The notes: a model not told the origin generated them from the sequence alone. 63,973 bases of DNA, filler included, from Stramenopiles sp. TOSAG23-6 (GCA_900128565.1; 3 parts of 3 records of this genome joined end to end with filler, not necessarily neighbours in it), one strand, 5' to 3'. Shown: positions 21,765 through 32,340, counted from the whole stretch's first letter. A program made the numbers and translations.

Positions 21765-22957
21765 ATGCATATTTTAAAGTCCATCGCATTGTGTGCTGTG
21801 ATTACTTTGGTATCTGCCGCACCAGAGAGTGACTTTGTTGAATCATTACCTCTCTATGGTCCTCCGCCAACACCAATGTACAGTGGCTTCTTGAATGCGA
21901 CTTCGTCATCACCTGACCGTGGAGTCCGCTTGCACTACTGGTATGCGCAAAGCACTAAACTAAACCATAGATGGGCTCCTACTGTCCTTTGGTTAAATGG
22001 TGGACCAGGTAGTACGTCTATGTTGGGTATGCTTCAAGAGAATGGCCCGCTCTTAATCAACGCCACTGGCGGGTTGATGGACAATCCTTATGCCTGGACA
22101 AAGTACGCAAATATGCTATATCTAGAAAGCCCTTCTGGTGTTGGATTCAGTTACTGTCATTTATCAAGTGTTCCCGATTCTGACTGCAAAAACACAGATG
22201 TAACAACAGCTCGAGATGCTCGTATTGCTTTACAAGACTTTTTTACGAATAAATTTCCTGAATTGAGAGGAAATGAATTCTTTATTACAGGCGAGTCATA
22301 CGGTGGAGTGTATGTATTTTAGAATTTTTTTTCAATTTTGAATTTTTTTTTCGTACGAAATTTTGTACCTAACAAATTTTAGTTTTTTTTTTTAAATATT
22401 TTTCCAAAATACATGTCCCTACACTGGCTCGTGAAATTTTAGACAATGCTCCAGAAATTAATCTTAAAGGTGTTGCCGTTGGCGATCCCTGCACTGATAA
22501 TAAGGCTCAACAGGATTCAATGGACATGCTCTGGTATGCTCACAAACACGGTTTTGTTCCTGATGTACGTTTTCAAAATTGATTTTTTTTGAAACATTTT
22601 CATACAAAATGTTGTACCTAACAATTTGTTTTTCTAAAAAAAAATATATTTTTTCAAAATTTATGATGAGTTCGATTTATTATGGAATAAATGCCGCGCT
22701 CGTCACCCACCCCCACTTGTACTAGGTACGGTCAAAGGTAAAGGAAATGCAGATTCTCGAGGACGAATGCAAATGTCAGTCTGGAGTGAAGAATGCCTCA
22801 TTGCAAAACGAAAATACATGCTACAATCGTCCATGGCATTTTCACAAGTTTGGGATCATGCTTGGATCAATAATTTATCATTATATGGACCGGGATCTCC
22901 AGGTGATGTCTCTTTTGATCAACCAGGAAGTTTGAATTATATGACTTTACAATTTAT
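21765..22957 (+). CDS. Serine carboxypeptidase (peptidase S10), secreted, 3'-truncated by gap; exons 21765-22313, 22415-22564, 22665-22957
   Basis: Signal peptide, YSGFL, WLNGGPGSTS, NPYAW, LESPSGVGFSY, nucleophile motif GESYGGVY|VPTLA and NLKGVAVGDP. Confidence 0.93.
22314..22414 (+). other. Non-canonical intron copy 9 (GT..CAT, 101 nt, phase 0)
   Basis: GTG TAT|GTATTTTAG..TTTCGTACGAAATTTTGTACCTAAC..CCAAAATACAT|GTC CCT; restores GESYGGVY|VP. Confidence 0.9.
22565..22664 (+). other. Non-canonical intron copy 10 (GT..TAT, 100 nt, phase 0)
   Basis: CCT GAT|GTACGTTTT..TGTACCTAAC..TTTTCAAAATTTAT|GAT GAG TTC; gives HGFVPD|DEFDLLWNKC. Confidence 0.82.
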
Positions 22958-23040
22958 GTACGTTTTCATTTCAATTTCGAATTTTTGTTTTCGTACGAAA
23001 GTTTGTACCTAACGATTTAAAAAATTTTATTGTTTTACAA
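22958..23040 (+). other. Non-canonical intron copy 11 (5' part; runs into assembly gap)
   Basis: TTT AT|GTACGTTTTCATTTCAATTTCGAA..TTTCGTACGAAAGTTTGTACCTAAC. Confidence 0.85.
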
Positions 23041-23140
23041 NNNNNNNNNNNNNNNNNNNNNNNNNNNNNNNNNNNNNNNNNNNNTTAATTAATTAANNNN
23101 NNNNNNNNNNNNNNNNNNNNNNNNNNNNNNNNNNNNNNNN
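23041..23140. other. Assembly gap with artificial TTAATTAATTAA six-frame-stop linker
   Basis: 100-nt N-run with a central TTAATTAATTAA; identical structure at 45883-45982. Confidence 0.97.
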
Positions 23141-23141
23141 A

Positions 23142-26100
23142 ACATTTCTTCGTCATAAATCACACGTAACACGTGGCAAAACAAGATGGGAATTACACCA
23201 ACTATTACTTGTATTGCTTAAAAGAGGAGAGGTATCAGATGTTGAATTATTAGGATTCAATCTCACACATCTGACGGATATGAAAACAAAAAGTCAATAT
23301 GGACGACCTAGTGTGAAACTATGCATAAAACAACGGGGTTTGTTATTGGCGTGTTTAGAAGAAGTTGTTACATTCATTCTACGTGGTCGAACAATTAGTC
23401 CCAATGAGTTAGACTATGCTGCTAAAATCATGGCATTATGTGCGATACGAAATAGTAAGATTAGGCGGGGATTGTTTCAAGCTGTTCTGTCCCAAGCTGA
23501 AGAAAAGAAAGAAATTCGTCAATGGCAAAATGTCAATTTTTTTCTTGATGAAAAATTGTATTTTCCTGGTGAAGCTCCGCTTGCACCTCCACTAAAACCA
23601 CGCTTGAAATTAAATAAATTGGACACAAAGGATAGTAAAAATGATCCTGGTATTGTAGCAGTTAGATCAATGTCATTTCCTCAGAAACAGAATAAACGAA
23701 ATCGTAGGTCTAGTGCAGTGTCGCAGGATGTTTCACTTTTAGTACTAGATTGGCATTTAGTTGACGACTTAATTCGGTCAGATGCTAATGCTGGGCAAAA
23801 TATTTTAGATAAACAGGAAAATAAGTTTTGGAATCCAAGATACTCACAGGTATGGGCAAATAAACTTCGGGGTAGTTCTACAAAAACTGAAGACAACACT
23901 GTTTTCAATAATTTAGTCGATAGTTGTGAGAGTGGTGGTGTGTCAACAACGGGTACATTATTGTTTCATAAATTTGCCGAAGCTTGGCTCAATAATGTCA
24001 TAGAATATGTCGGATTATTTGAATCATCGAAACGATTTGGTAAAAAAAATCTTGCCTGGGAAGATATTCCTGGATATCGTATACTTCTTCGTATTGTAAT
24101 GATTCAATTAGATGGCAGTGCTCCTCATTTATGGCCAGATTCTCTCATTGAGTTGTGTACTTCTCTTTTATGCGATTCGCGTAATATAACACCATTTGTT
24201 AGAATTGCTTTTGAAAAAACGAATATGAATTCAAGTATTCAGTGTGTAAAAGCTACGATTGATACAGTAGCAATGTGGATGAGGCATTCTCGTATTGGGT
24301 GGAAATCAATCAAAACTATATGGAAACAAAGTTTGGAGTGCTTGTGTCGTCCTCACTTACCTGCTACATTTGACTTTATTTTTTTTCAGGAATGTTTTAG
24401 AAGATTGTTGACTAATCCAAAAATATCTATTGTATTGAAAGGCATCTGGCTTCTTGGAAATGAATGGGACTCTTTGCCGCCAACAGAAGCAAGACGATTT
24501 TCACAGTGGATACTTAATCGCCATTTTTATCGTATCTTACTTCATTGGTGGCGACCTCATTGTGCACCACTGATGGCCAAGCTAACTCTATATCGTCTTC
24601 TTCGTGAACGGTTTTGGCATGAAACGGAAGATAACGATGCAAATAATCACATTCAAAAGTTTCAGGTAAGAGGAACAATGTCATCTGTGATACAAAGTAA
24701 AAAGACTTTTATGAAAAGCAGTAGTTTCTTCGAGACACTTGAGCCCAAAAATGAAACGATGAAAAAGAGTTTTGATTTATCTGAACTACGCGATAAAATG
24801 TTACAAACTGTTGGTAAAAACTGCACCTCATGCTCCTCATGGCGTATGTGTGGAAATAGACAATCAATAAGACATGAATCAAGTGCGAGGTTGAGAAAAT
24901 GTTTGGATGGCATCAAAGAAGTTGAAGGTATGGATATCATTAATTGGCTTTCGTCGATGGAAGAGATAAATACAGATGTGGCTCATTCCATGGCAAATAT
25001 AATGGTTCAATCTGGCTTATTGTATTGTATAAGAGAAAACCTAAATATCGCAACTTCTTTGGACGAAAAGTTTTCTAATGTTGATGAAATTCCTTCTATT
25101 CCAAGTTTAGCGTCTAAAAGTTCTTTCTCAGAAGCCTCGGGTATTGCTATACTAGAGCTTCAAGAAAAACCTAATGATATTAATGAAGAGATATCATTTT
25201 CTGTTGAATCTACCTATGCTTGTCTACCTCATACGAAATATAACAAGATCGAAAGCGACGACAGTTCAAAGGTTTCTGAAATTAATATACCAACTATCGC
25301 TGGTTTGGGACACGGAATTGCAGAATCAAATATTCCAGTAGTATTCAAATGCCACGAAGAAAGTTCTTCACTTGATGTTGATGTGAGTTCCCGTCGAGTA
25401 TTTATGGCAATGATTCGACATCTTCAGCGAATGCTTATTCCATTTTGTGGTGGCGAACTGAAACGCATTAGTCTTTTATTGCCACAGCTTAAACAAACTT
25501 TGGAAGAGCGAAAAGAGTATTTTCAATCAGATAATTGGAAAGCGAAAATAAAACATAATGTGGAAGCCTCAGCAAACCTTGCACGCGAAGAATTTAAATC
25601 TGGTTGTCAACTACAAGAAGCTGATATTAAATTGAAGACGGCGTCGATATCGAGACAAGCTGCTGCGAAAGCCCATAGAGCTAGCTTGATGCAAGACTCA
25701 CGTAACGTAGATCGTGCTGTACAAGTTGCTACTGAAACGAGCCGCAATGTGGATGTCACGAACGCATTGACTTTATTACAAAAATTACAAACAGAAATTG
25801 ATGATTTAGAAGAAACTTTCAAATTATACGAAGATATTAATGATGTTATCCCCGTTTTAAAATGTATGGAATATTTCGATAAAACTACACTGAAATGTGT
25901 CACCCTACCGCCTGATATCGAAACATACTCTAGTAGTCCAAGTAATGATGATACGAAGCAAGACGATGGAGTTTGTATACCTTCAAGCAGCTCTAGCATA
26001 AGTGATTCGAAGTACATTGCCGCGTCATTCAGTGATGATTACAAACGATCATATGTCGTTCGTGAGTCTATTGTTGCATATTCTCTCACCTCATTATATA

Positions 26101-26189
26101 CGGAAGATATGATTTTATCCAATTCTCTTGCTTGTGATAATATTGTATCACTACCTGAATTTGCTTGTGAATTGGTCCCACACAGTTAA
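23142..26189 (+). CDS. 5'-truncated DUF1765-like protein with possible DEP-like domain and coiled coil
   Basis: Frame open from the gap edge. FDFIFF..LL..IWLL..W..WILNRHF..LHWW..L..YR resembles DUF1765; G.DIINWL..A..MV.SGLL resembles a DEP domain. Recognised by eye only. Confidence 0.55.
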   Translation, partial: TFLRHKSHVTRGKTRWELHQLLLVLLKRGEVSDVELLGFNLTHLTDMKTKSQYGRPSVKLCIKQRGLLLACLEEVVTFILRGRTISPNELDYAAKIMALCAIRNSKIRRGLFQAVLSQAEEKKEIRQWQNVNFFLDEKLYFPGEAPLAPPLKPRLKLNKLDTKDSKNDPGIVAVRSMSFPQKQNKRNRRSSAVSQDVSLLVLDWHLVDDLIRSDANAGQNILDKQENKFWNPRYSQVWANKLRGSSTKTEDNTVFNNLVDSCESGGVSTTGTLLFHKFAEAWLNNVIEYVGLFESSKRFGKKNLAWEDIPGYRILLRIVMIQLDGSAPHLWPDSLIELCTSLLCDSRNITPFVRIAFEKTNMNSSIQCVKATIDTVAMWMRHSRIGWKSIKTIWKQSLECLCRPHLPATFDFIFFQECFRRLLTNPKISIVLKGIWLLGNEWDSLPPTEARRFSQWILNRHFYRILLHWWRPHCAPLMAKLTLYRLLRERFWHETEDNDANNHIQKFQVRGTMSSVIQSKKTFMKSSSFFETLEPKNETMKKSFDLSELRDKMLQTVGKNCTSCSSWRMCGNRQSIRHESSARLRKCLDGIKEVEGMDIINWLSSMEEINTDVAHSMANIMVQSGLLYCIRENLNIATSLDEKFSNVDEIPSIPSLASKSSFSEASGIAILELQEKPNDINEEISFSVESTYACLPHTKYNKIESDDSSKVSEINIPTIAGLGHGIAESNIPVVFKCHEESSSLDVDVSSRRVFMAMIRHLQRMLIPFCGGELKRISLLLPQLKQTLEERKEYFQSDNWKAKIKHNVEASANLAREEFKSGCQLQEADIKLKTASISRQAAAKAHRASLMQDSRNVDRAVQVATETSRNVDVTNALTLLQKLQTEIDDLEETFKLYEDINDVIPVLKCMEYFDKTTLKCVTLPPDIETYSSSPSNDDTKQDDGVCIPSSSSSISDSKYIAASFSDDYKRSYVVRESIVAYSLTSLYTEDMILSNSLACDNIVSLPEFACELVPHS

Positions 26190-26400
26190 ATGTAAAATAT
26201 GAGACTACAATTTTAAATAAATCTATCCTGAAAATTTTATATATTTTTCTAAAACCTTAAAGCAGGTAAGTGATATTTGTAAAGTTATTCAAAGTTTACC
26301 GAATATAACTTTACGTCATTTTATAACAATTTTTATTGATTCTTTGTAATATTTATATAATATTGTACACATTTTGAAGCTGTGGTTCGCGAAGGGTATT

Positions 26401-29235
26401 CTATGGCTTTTCCCTACGAAATGCTAGTGGGTATTCTCCATCATCGGTATCATCAGCAAACTCATCTGGATCTATACAATGCGCATTCAAGGTATTCCTT
26501 GTAGTTTCTGCTTTACCTCCACCATAATTCATGTCGCTACTTTTGTGCTCTGTAGTGGATGTAGATTCCCCAAATGCCCTCATTACATTAATGAGATGTT
26601 GGTTTGCATTCTTTTGTATAGCAAGTTGTAGTGGTGTCAATCCTTGTTTATCTTTCTTCATAAAATCTACTCCAGCTGCATACAAACATTTCACTGCTGG
26701 CTCATGGTTATTTGCAGCCGCAAGATGCAATGGAGTCCAACCAAAGTCATCCACTGATTCTAGAGTACTATTTCTGCATTCACTCGTTAATAACCTAATA
26801 ACATTTGCCCGACCCTTGGAGGCTGCAAGATGCAAAGGTGTTCGTCCATACTTTGTCAATCCTAAAAGCAAACCACTCAATTTATATTCTTTTCCGCGAG
26901 ATTGATGTTTTGTATGTGATTTATTTTTGGCAAAACTCTTTTCTAGCAATAAATTGATTATTCCCGTACTTCCAGCCCATGCAGCATAATGTGCAATATT
27001 CCAATCTCGTTTGTCTTTTCCATTTATATTCACACCAGCACTAATTAATATTTGTGCTGTGCTCACATGATTGCCACCTACCTTGCTATAATGCGCAGAA
27101 GCATGCAATGGCGTCCGGTTGTGTTTATCACGCAATGTCAAATTAGCACCAGCATCTATCAACATCTTTGCTATACGAGGTCGCCCAAAACATGCTGCTA
27201 TATACAAAGGTGTTCGGCCATGTGAATCCTGCGCATCAATATTACTATCCTGTGCATCAATTAATATTCTAACAACATTATGAAAACCATGTTCAGCAGC
27301 TCTGTGACATGGTGTGCGAAATTCTTCATCTCTGGTACATGGATCCCCACCGTTTTTGATTAGCGCTGAAACTGCACCAACATGACCACCTCCAGCAGCC
27401 AGATGCATTGCTGTTCTCCCACATTCATCTGTCGCTTCAATATCAACGATTGATTCGTGGCCATTTCCTAAAAGAAAGTTAATAACATCAGCATGTCCTT
27501 TTTTGGAAGCCCAGTGCAATGGCGAACCTCCATCTTCATCTTCTCTAGATATATCAGCACCAGCTTCAGCTAATTGCTTGAGTACATCAACGTGTCCCAT
27601 ATCTGCCGCTAGATGTGCTGCCGACCTTCCACTATGATTAGTTACATTGGGGTCAATTCCTGCTGATAATATCTGACTACTACAATCATCATGACCTTTC
27701 CATGCAGATAAATGGAGACAATTCCAGCCATAAGCATCACTTAAGGCGGCCTCTGCACCATTTGCTAACAGCCATTTAGTTAGTTTTGAATGACCTGATA
27801 AACATGCTAAATGGAGAACACACCGTCCTGACTTATTAGGCGTCATTAAAAGACGTTGAATTGCCTTTTTTTGTGATTCTTTGTAATTTACTCGCAACAT
27901 TTGTTTACTATTTTTATCATTATTCATTACATCATTCTCTTCTTTTTTGAGCATTTCGAGCCTGTGTAAATCCAATTCATTTGCTACTCTAGTCTTGTTC
28001 TCATTGATTGCAACAAGTGCCGTGTTGTCACCAACTCGTTTTGCACCAGCAAATAATAATATCTTTACTATTTCCATCTCTCCTTTGTCTGCCGCCCAGT
28101 GCTGTGCTTGTCGTCCTGTAATATCAACCGCCCGAATATCTGCACCATGTTCTAAAAGAAATGTTACCATGTCAATCCGGCCTTTCGTCGCTGCCCAATG
28201 CAGAGGTGTAGCTCCTTCTGCATCAGCAGTAGACACAAGAGCAAACACACCTTTTTTTCTGCTCAACAGAATCTTTGCAACATCAACATATCCTTTTCCA
28301 GCTGCTAGTATTAAAGCTGTGCGGCCTGCTTTATCTATCATTCTAAGAAGATCATTTTGGCCTGTGTTATTTTTTGATTCTACAGCTGGTGCTTTTTCGA
28401 ATCGATCCAAGAGCAATTCAACTGCAATTGGGTGGCCTTTAACAGCTGCCCAATGCATAGGGGTCGCGCCATCTTTATCAAGAGCACAAATACGTTTTCT
28501 CAATGGAATACCAGATTTTTTATTTGCCATTGAACTGCAGAGTAGTTTAATACATTCTATGTGACATTTTGCAGCACCTGTATGTAAAGGTGTCTTGCCT
28601 TTTAAATCCATAGCTAACAGTGAAGCCCCACTTGTAACGAGTAACTTGGTTGTCTGTATCTGATCCATACGAACCGAGTAGTGCAACGCAGTAGCCCCAT
28701 AGTTATCAACAGAATCAATGTTGATGTTTAAATTTTCTAGACAATATTTTAGGACACCTGTATGTCCCGCACCGGCACTTAGATGCAAAACGTTGCGACC
28801 TTTATCATTCTTAATTCTAATGTCTGATTCATTGTCAATCTTACTGACTACTTCTTTAAATCTCAGGAAATCGCCAGTCCTCGCCAAAGTGAGGAGTGTG
28901 GACGTATCAGCACCCTTACCTCTCCGAATCTTTCGCCGTCGTATACCTCGACTTTTACTATGGGGTTTCAGCTTTGGTGTTCCTGATGGTCTCTTGGGCA
29001 TCCGTGGGGGTGGTACGGATGCATTTGATCGACCAACATCCGTATGCTCTACTGTATTTGTTGTTCTCTCTGGAATGCTCGGAACTGCTATGGCGGTTGG
29101 AATGTTGTCAAGCTGTGAAACATTAACTGCAAAAGGCACAGTTTGATTTTGCACAACAGCGAAGGGGGGCATACATGTTGGAGGTCGAGGCTGTCTACGC
29201 GCGGCACGACTAGCTCGTAAACCACTTTCTGACAT
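26401..29235 (-). CDS. Ankyrin-repeat protein (roughly 20 repeats), intronless
   Basis: Many G.TPLH.AA..G repeats (GATALHYSV, GKTPLHTGA, GATPLHWAA, GRTPLHLAA, GWTPLHLAA). Confidence 0.93.
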   Translation of the reverse strand: MSESGLRASRAARRQPRPPTCMPPFAVVQNQTVPFAVNVSQLDNIPTAIAVPSIPERTTNTVEHTDVGRSNASVPPPRMPKRPSGTPKLKPHSKSRGIRRRKIRRGKGADTSTLLTLARTGDFLRFKEVVSKIDNESDIRIKNDKGRNVLHLSAGAGHTGVLKYCLENLNINIDSVDNYGATALHYSVRMDQIQTTKLLVTSGASLLAMDLKGKTPLHTGAAKCHIECIKLLCSSMANKKSGIPLRKRICALDKDGATPMHWAAVKGHPIAVELLLDRFEKAPAVESKNNTGQNDLLRMIDKAGRTALILAAGKGYVDVAKILLSRKKGVFALVSTADAEGATPLHWAATKGRIDMVTFLLEHGADIRAVDITGRQAQHWAADKGEMEIVKILLFAGAKRVGDNTALVAINENKTRVANELDLHRLEMLKKEENDVMNNDKNSKQMLRVNYKESQKKAIQRLLMTPNKSGRCVLHLACLSGHSKLTKWLLANGAEAALSDAYGWNCLHLSAWKGHDDCSSQILSAGIDPNVTNHSGRSAAHLAADMGHVDVLKQLAEAGADISREDEDGGSPLHWASKKGHADVINFLLGNGHESIVDIEATDECGRTAMHLAAGGGHVGAVSALIKNGGDPCTRDEEFRTPCHRAAEHGFHNVVRILIDAQDSNIDAQDSHGRTPLYIAACFGRPRIAKMLIDAGANLTLRDKHNRTPLHASAHYSKVGGNHVSTAQILISAGVNINGKDKRDWNIAHYAAWAGSTGIINLLLEKSFAKNKSHTKHQSRGKEYKLSGLLLGLTKYGRTPLHLAASKGRANVIRLLTSECRNSTLESVDDFGWTPLHLAAANNHEPAVKCLYAAGVDFMKKDKQGLTPLQLAIQKNANQHLINVMRAFGESTSTTEHKSSDMNYGGGKAETTRNTLNAHCIDPDEFADDTDDGEYPLAFRREKP

Positions 29236-29360
29236 GACAACTTTGTTCTAGTAACTTGGGAACTACCTACTTATACTACTATATGTAAGGTGCGGTAATA
29301 ATAAGCTGTTGTTCACTTATATCGGCACAGATAATAATTTCTCAGCATAAATGTCCATAA

Positions 29361-29768
29361 ATGTCTAAGATGAACCAAACGGACACGAAGAAAAATGTTT
29401 TCGAAGTAGAACATTCCGTTCCTAGTGCAAACATTATCAACGCTGAACTAGTCGAACGAGTAGTACGTTGTGTCAAAGAAATCGTAGACAGTCAACGCGA
29501 TTTGCTAGATAAAGGTTGTAGCGATACTGTCTTAGACAAAACTCTCGGAAATGGCCTAGTAGCACTGCGTGTAGAAATGATACACATCTTGCAGCTCCAG
29601 AGATCATTGTTAACAGCTATTGGGCCGCAGAAATCTACGGAGGATGTATGTGAAACTTTAGACAGCATTGAATATGACCAAAATATTACATTGGAATTGC
29701 AGCGAGAAAAAAACTGTTGTTTGGATGATTTATCCAAAGAGGTTGATAGCATACTGAATATAGAATAA
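29361..29768 (+). CDS. Hypothetical protein (135 aa)
   Basis: ATG-initiated ORF filling the space between two minus-strand genes; helical composition; no motif recognised. Confidence 0.55.
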   Translation: MSKMNQTDTKKNVFEVEHSVPSANIINAELVERVVRCVKEIVDSQRDLLDKGCSDTVLDKTLGNGLVALRVEMIHILQLQRSLLTAIGPQKSTEDVCETLDSIEYDQNITLELQREKNCCLDDLSKEVDSILNIE

Positions 29769-29836
29769 TTATGCAAATAAAAATACAAATTTAATTTTAC
29801 CTTAATTCTTGGAAATATTTGTTGGCCGAAAAAAAA

Positions 29837-31990
29837 TCAGTCAACCACTGTAAAGAATGAAAGCATTCGTTCTATCAAAATACTTTTTTTACCTGAAACT
29901 TTTCCTCCTTTCACTCTCAAGCAAGTCTTTAGCTGTGCACAAGTCATATTAAGCATGTGGCTCCTCATACTTTCTTTAGATTGTAGCTTTGATATATTTG
30001 AAATTGTTAAATCTACATTAGCATCTTTCGCGGCTGATTGTTTGTTCTTTAGTTTTCGTTTCGTCTTACCAAAAGAAGCACAACGATTTGAACGACTATT
30101 ATCTGGTGCCATCACTGTAGGAATATTCCTTCTAATCAGCATGGGGTTTATTTGTGTAGTACCATATTGCTTTATTTTACCTCGGACAAACATGGTTTTC
30201 TTCTTTTGGAGCAATAAAGGATTCTTGATACTTATTGCTTTGAACCGTTTAGGTTTTCTGTTGGTGCTATTTGAGAAAGATGAATGAGACAATAAAATAT
30301 TATTTCGTTTAGATGGAATACCAAAGTTTTTTGAAACTGAAAATACATTTCGATTTGTTTTTGTATTAACAGGTAATCTACTAGTGATTTTACGTTTTCT
30401 GCAAATATTTTTTATAACTTTCTTTTCTACTTCAGGTGAGTATATAGTGCGAGATGAAGGAGAACGAGGTGGACGCGAATTTAATTTTCTTACCGGAGCT
30501 TTCACGAGAGATAACATTTTGACAAAATCATCTATGGACAATATTCTTTGATTTTCATCATTATCTATTATTGACAGACTTGGCAGAAAAGTATTATCTT
30601 TATTGTGAGATAAACTCTTTTTATGAGATGTACTATTATTTTTCTTCTCTGATAATATAGATGTAGCTGAGGTGCAATGAAACTGAGAAATGTTTGTAGC
30701 TTCATTTTTATGCTTAGCTAAGAGTTTGTTCGCTGAAGTAAAATGAAATTTTTGTCGCTTCGTTGATTTCAATGTTTTTTTTTTTTCTCTAAGATTTTGC
30801 AAAGGCGCAACATTACTTGAAGCATTTTCGTTGGTTGTCTTTTTACAATGTGTATTATCAGTGTTATTTAAATTTCCAGATATGTATGCCATACTTTGAT
30901 TATTTATCAAAATAATCAATCCATCAGATGAATCTACTAAACTCGACGTTGCATCACTGCTTATTTCGGCACAATATCTCCAACTAAATAGTTTTAATTC
31001 GTACATATTAGTCCAAAGATAACATAACGGGAGTCTGTGCATATCAATGGATCCAGGGTTTACTAATTTCATTTTCACAATATCACAGCAGAGGGAAATT
31101 TCCTCGATATTTTCATTGATTGTTCCAAGATTAAAAGTAGGTTTATACAGACGCTCAACTTCAACGAAAGGACAAACATTAGCTTCTATATTAGATCTAC
31201 CGAATAAATCAAACCAGCACTGAATATGTTCGTCTCGACTAGAAACTTCGTATAAACCAAAACCACGGTCTCTATTTTGATAGTCTAACTTTGTAACAAA
31301 TTCTTCGGGTGAAGAAACAACTTTGAAAAGTTCTACATCTTCTAGTGAAGGCAAGGATTTTGCTGTGGCTTTTATCGACATATTGATGTACTTTTTAGTT
31401 GCGTCAAGTGATTTGTGTGTATACGATTCACAACGAAATATACCTGATTCGATATTGAGTAATACTGGTACAGTCGATTGATTTCTTTTACGAATAAGAA
31501 CTCTATTCTTGAATGCTTCCCTGGGTATAGAAATAGAAAATTTGAAACAATCAAGAAGCCCTTGGTCTGTTGTATTTAATCTAGGAGTGACAAACCAATC
31601 ACCAGCTGGTTTCCAAGCACGTAAATTACGTGTCATGATTTTGCGCCGCAGCCTGAACGTTAGTAAATTTTCCAAGTGTGTTTTCCCGTCAATTTGCACT
31701 AAACAAGGTTTACCAACACTTACGCCTTTTTTCGTAGCAACGATTTTGACATCTATATCCACAGTTTCAGATACAACTAGTTGCATTTGATGAGATACAA
31801 GCACATATGCTCGTTGACCTTTGTCGATAAGAATGTGACCAATCCTAAGAAGTGTTTTTGTATCACACTCTCCTATAATTTGGTGTACAAAGACATTCAA
31901 AGTTTTCTTCAAAATAAGTTTCGGAGACAGACCAACAACGAAAGTATGTTGATTTGATTTAAAAGGATTCACTGGCACCTTATACTCCAT
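29837..31990 (-). CDS. Hypothetical nuclear protein with C-terminal SAP domain
   Basis: C-terminal MTCAQLKTCLRVKGGKVSGKKSILIERM matches the SAP consensus; basic low-complexity linker; ATG at 31990. Confidence 0.7.
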   Translation of the reverse strand: MEYKVPVNPFKSNQHTFVVGLSPKLILKKTLNVFVHQIIGECDTKTLLRIGHILIDKGQRAYVLVSHQMQLVVSETVDIDVKIVATKKGVSVGKPCLVQIDGKTHLENLLTFRLRRKIMTRNLRAWKPAGDWFVTPRLNTTDQGLLDCFKFSISIPREAFKNRVLIRKRNQSTVPVLLNIESGIFRCESYTHKSLDATKKYINMSIKATAKSLPSLEDVELFKVVSSPEEFVTKLDYQNRDRGFGLYEVSSRDEHIQCWFDLFGRSNIEANVCPFVEVERLYKPTFNLGTINENIEEISLCCDIVKMKLVNPGSIDMHRLPLCYLWTNMYELKLFSWRYCAEISSDATSSLVDSSDGLIILINNQSMAYISGNLNNTDNTHCKKTTNENASSNVAPLQNLREKKKTLKSTKRQKFHFTSANKLLAKHKNEATNISQFHCTSATSILSEKKNNSTSHKKSLSHNKDNTFLPSLSIIDNDENQRILSIDDFVKMLSLVKAPVRKLNSRPPRSPSSRTIYSPEVEKKVIKNICRKRKITSRLPVNTKTNRNVFSVSKNFGIPSKRNNILLSHSSFSNSTNRKPKRFKAISIKNPLLLQKKKTMFVRGKIKQYGTTQINPMLIRRNIPTVMAPDNSRSNRCASFGKTKRKLKNKQSAAKDANVDLTISNISKLQSKESMRSHMLNMTCAQLKTCLRVKGGKVSGKKSILIERMLSFFTVVD

Positions 31991-32340
31991 TTTCAATGTT
32001 TACAATTGAAATGTTTGGGGCGTTTTAGCGAAAGTCATGTGAAAACTGCACAAGAAGTAACTAATGTCCGTGACATTCATTGTCCTGTTTGTTTGATATA
32101 TATTTGATCGTGGCCATCCATCATCCGAAAAACGAAAAAACGAAAAAAAACGAATAATATCGAAAATATCGCCCGAGAGATCGAGTCCTACCTACGAATA
32201 GAATGTCGAATACATGAGGGGGAGGTAATATTTCTTTGCTGAAATTTTATGTTGGGTAATCAATTCTAATTGTTGAAAATATTCTTTGTCACAACGTCTG
32301 TATATACTATTCGTGTAAACATACTACTTATTGTGTATTC

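Noticed and set aside
22310-22410. Alternative boundaries for copy 9 using GTATGT at 22310 and AAT at 22410
   Set aside because: This would give GGVHVP instead of the conserved GGVYVP and would cut the conserved AAAATACAT end.
23085-23096. TTAATTAATTAA palindrome inside both N-gaps
   Set aside because: Artificial contig linker; gene adjacency across the gaps has no biological meaning.
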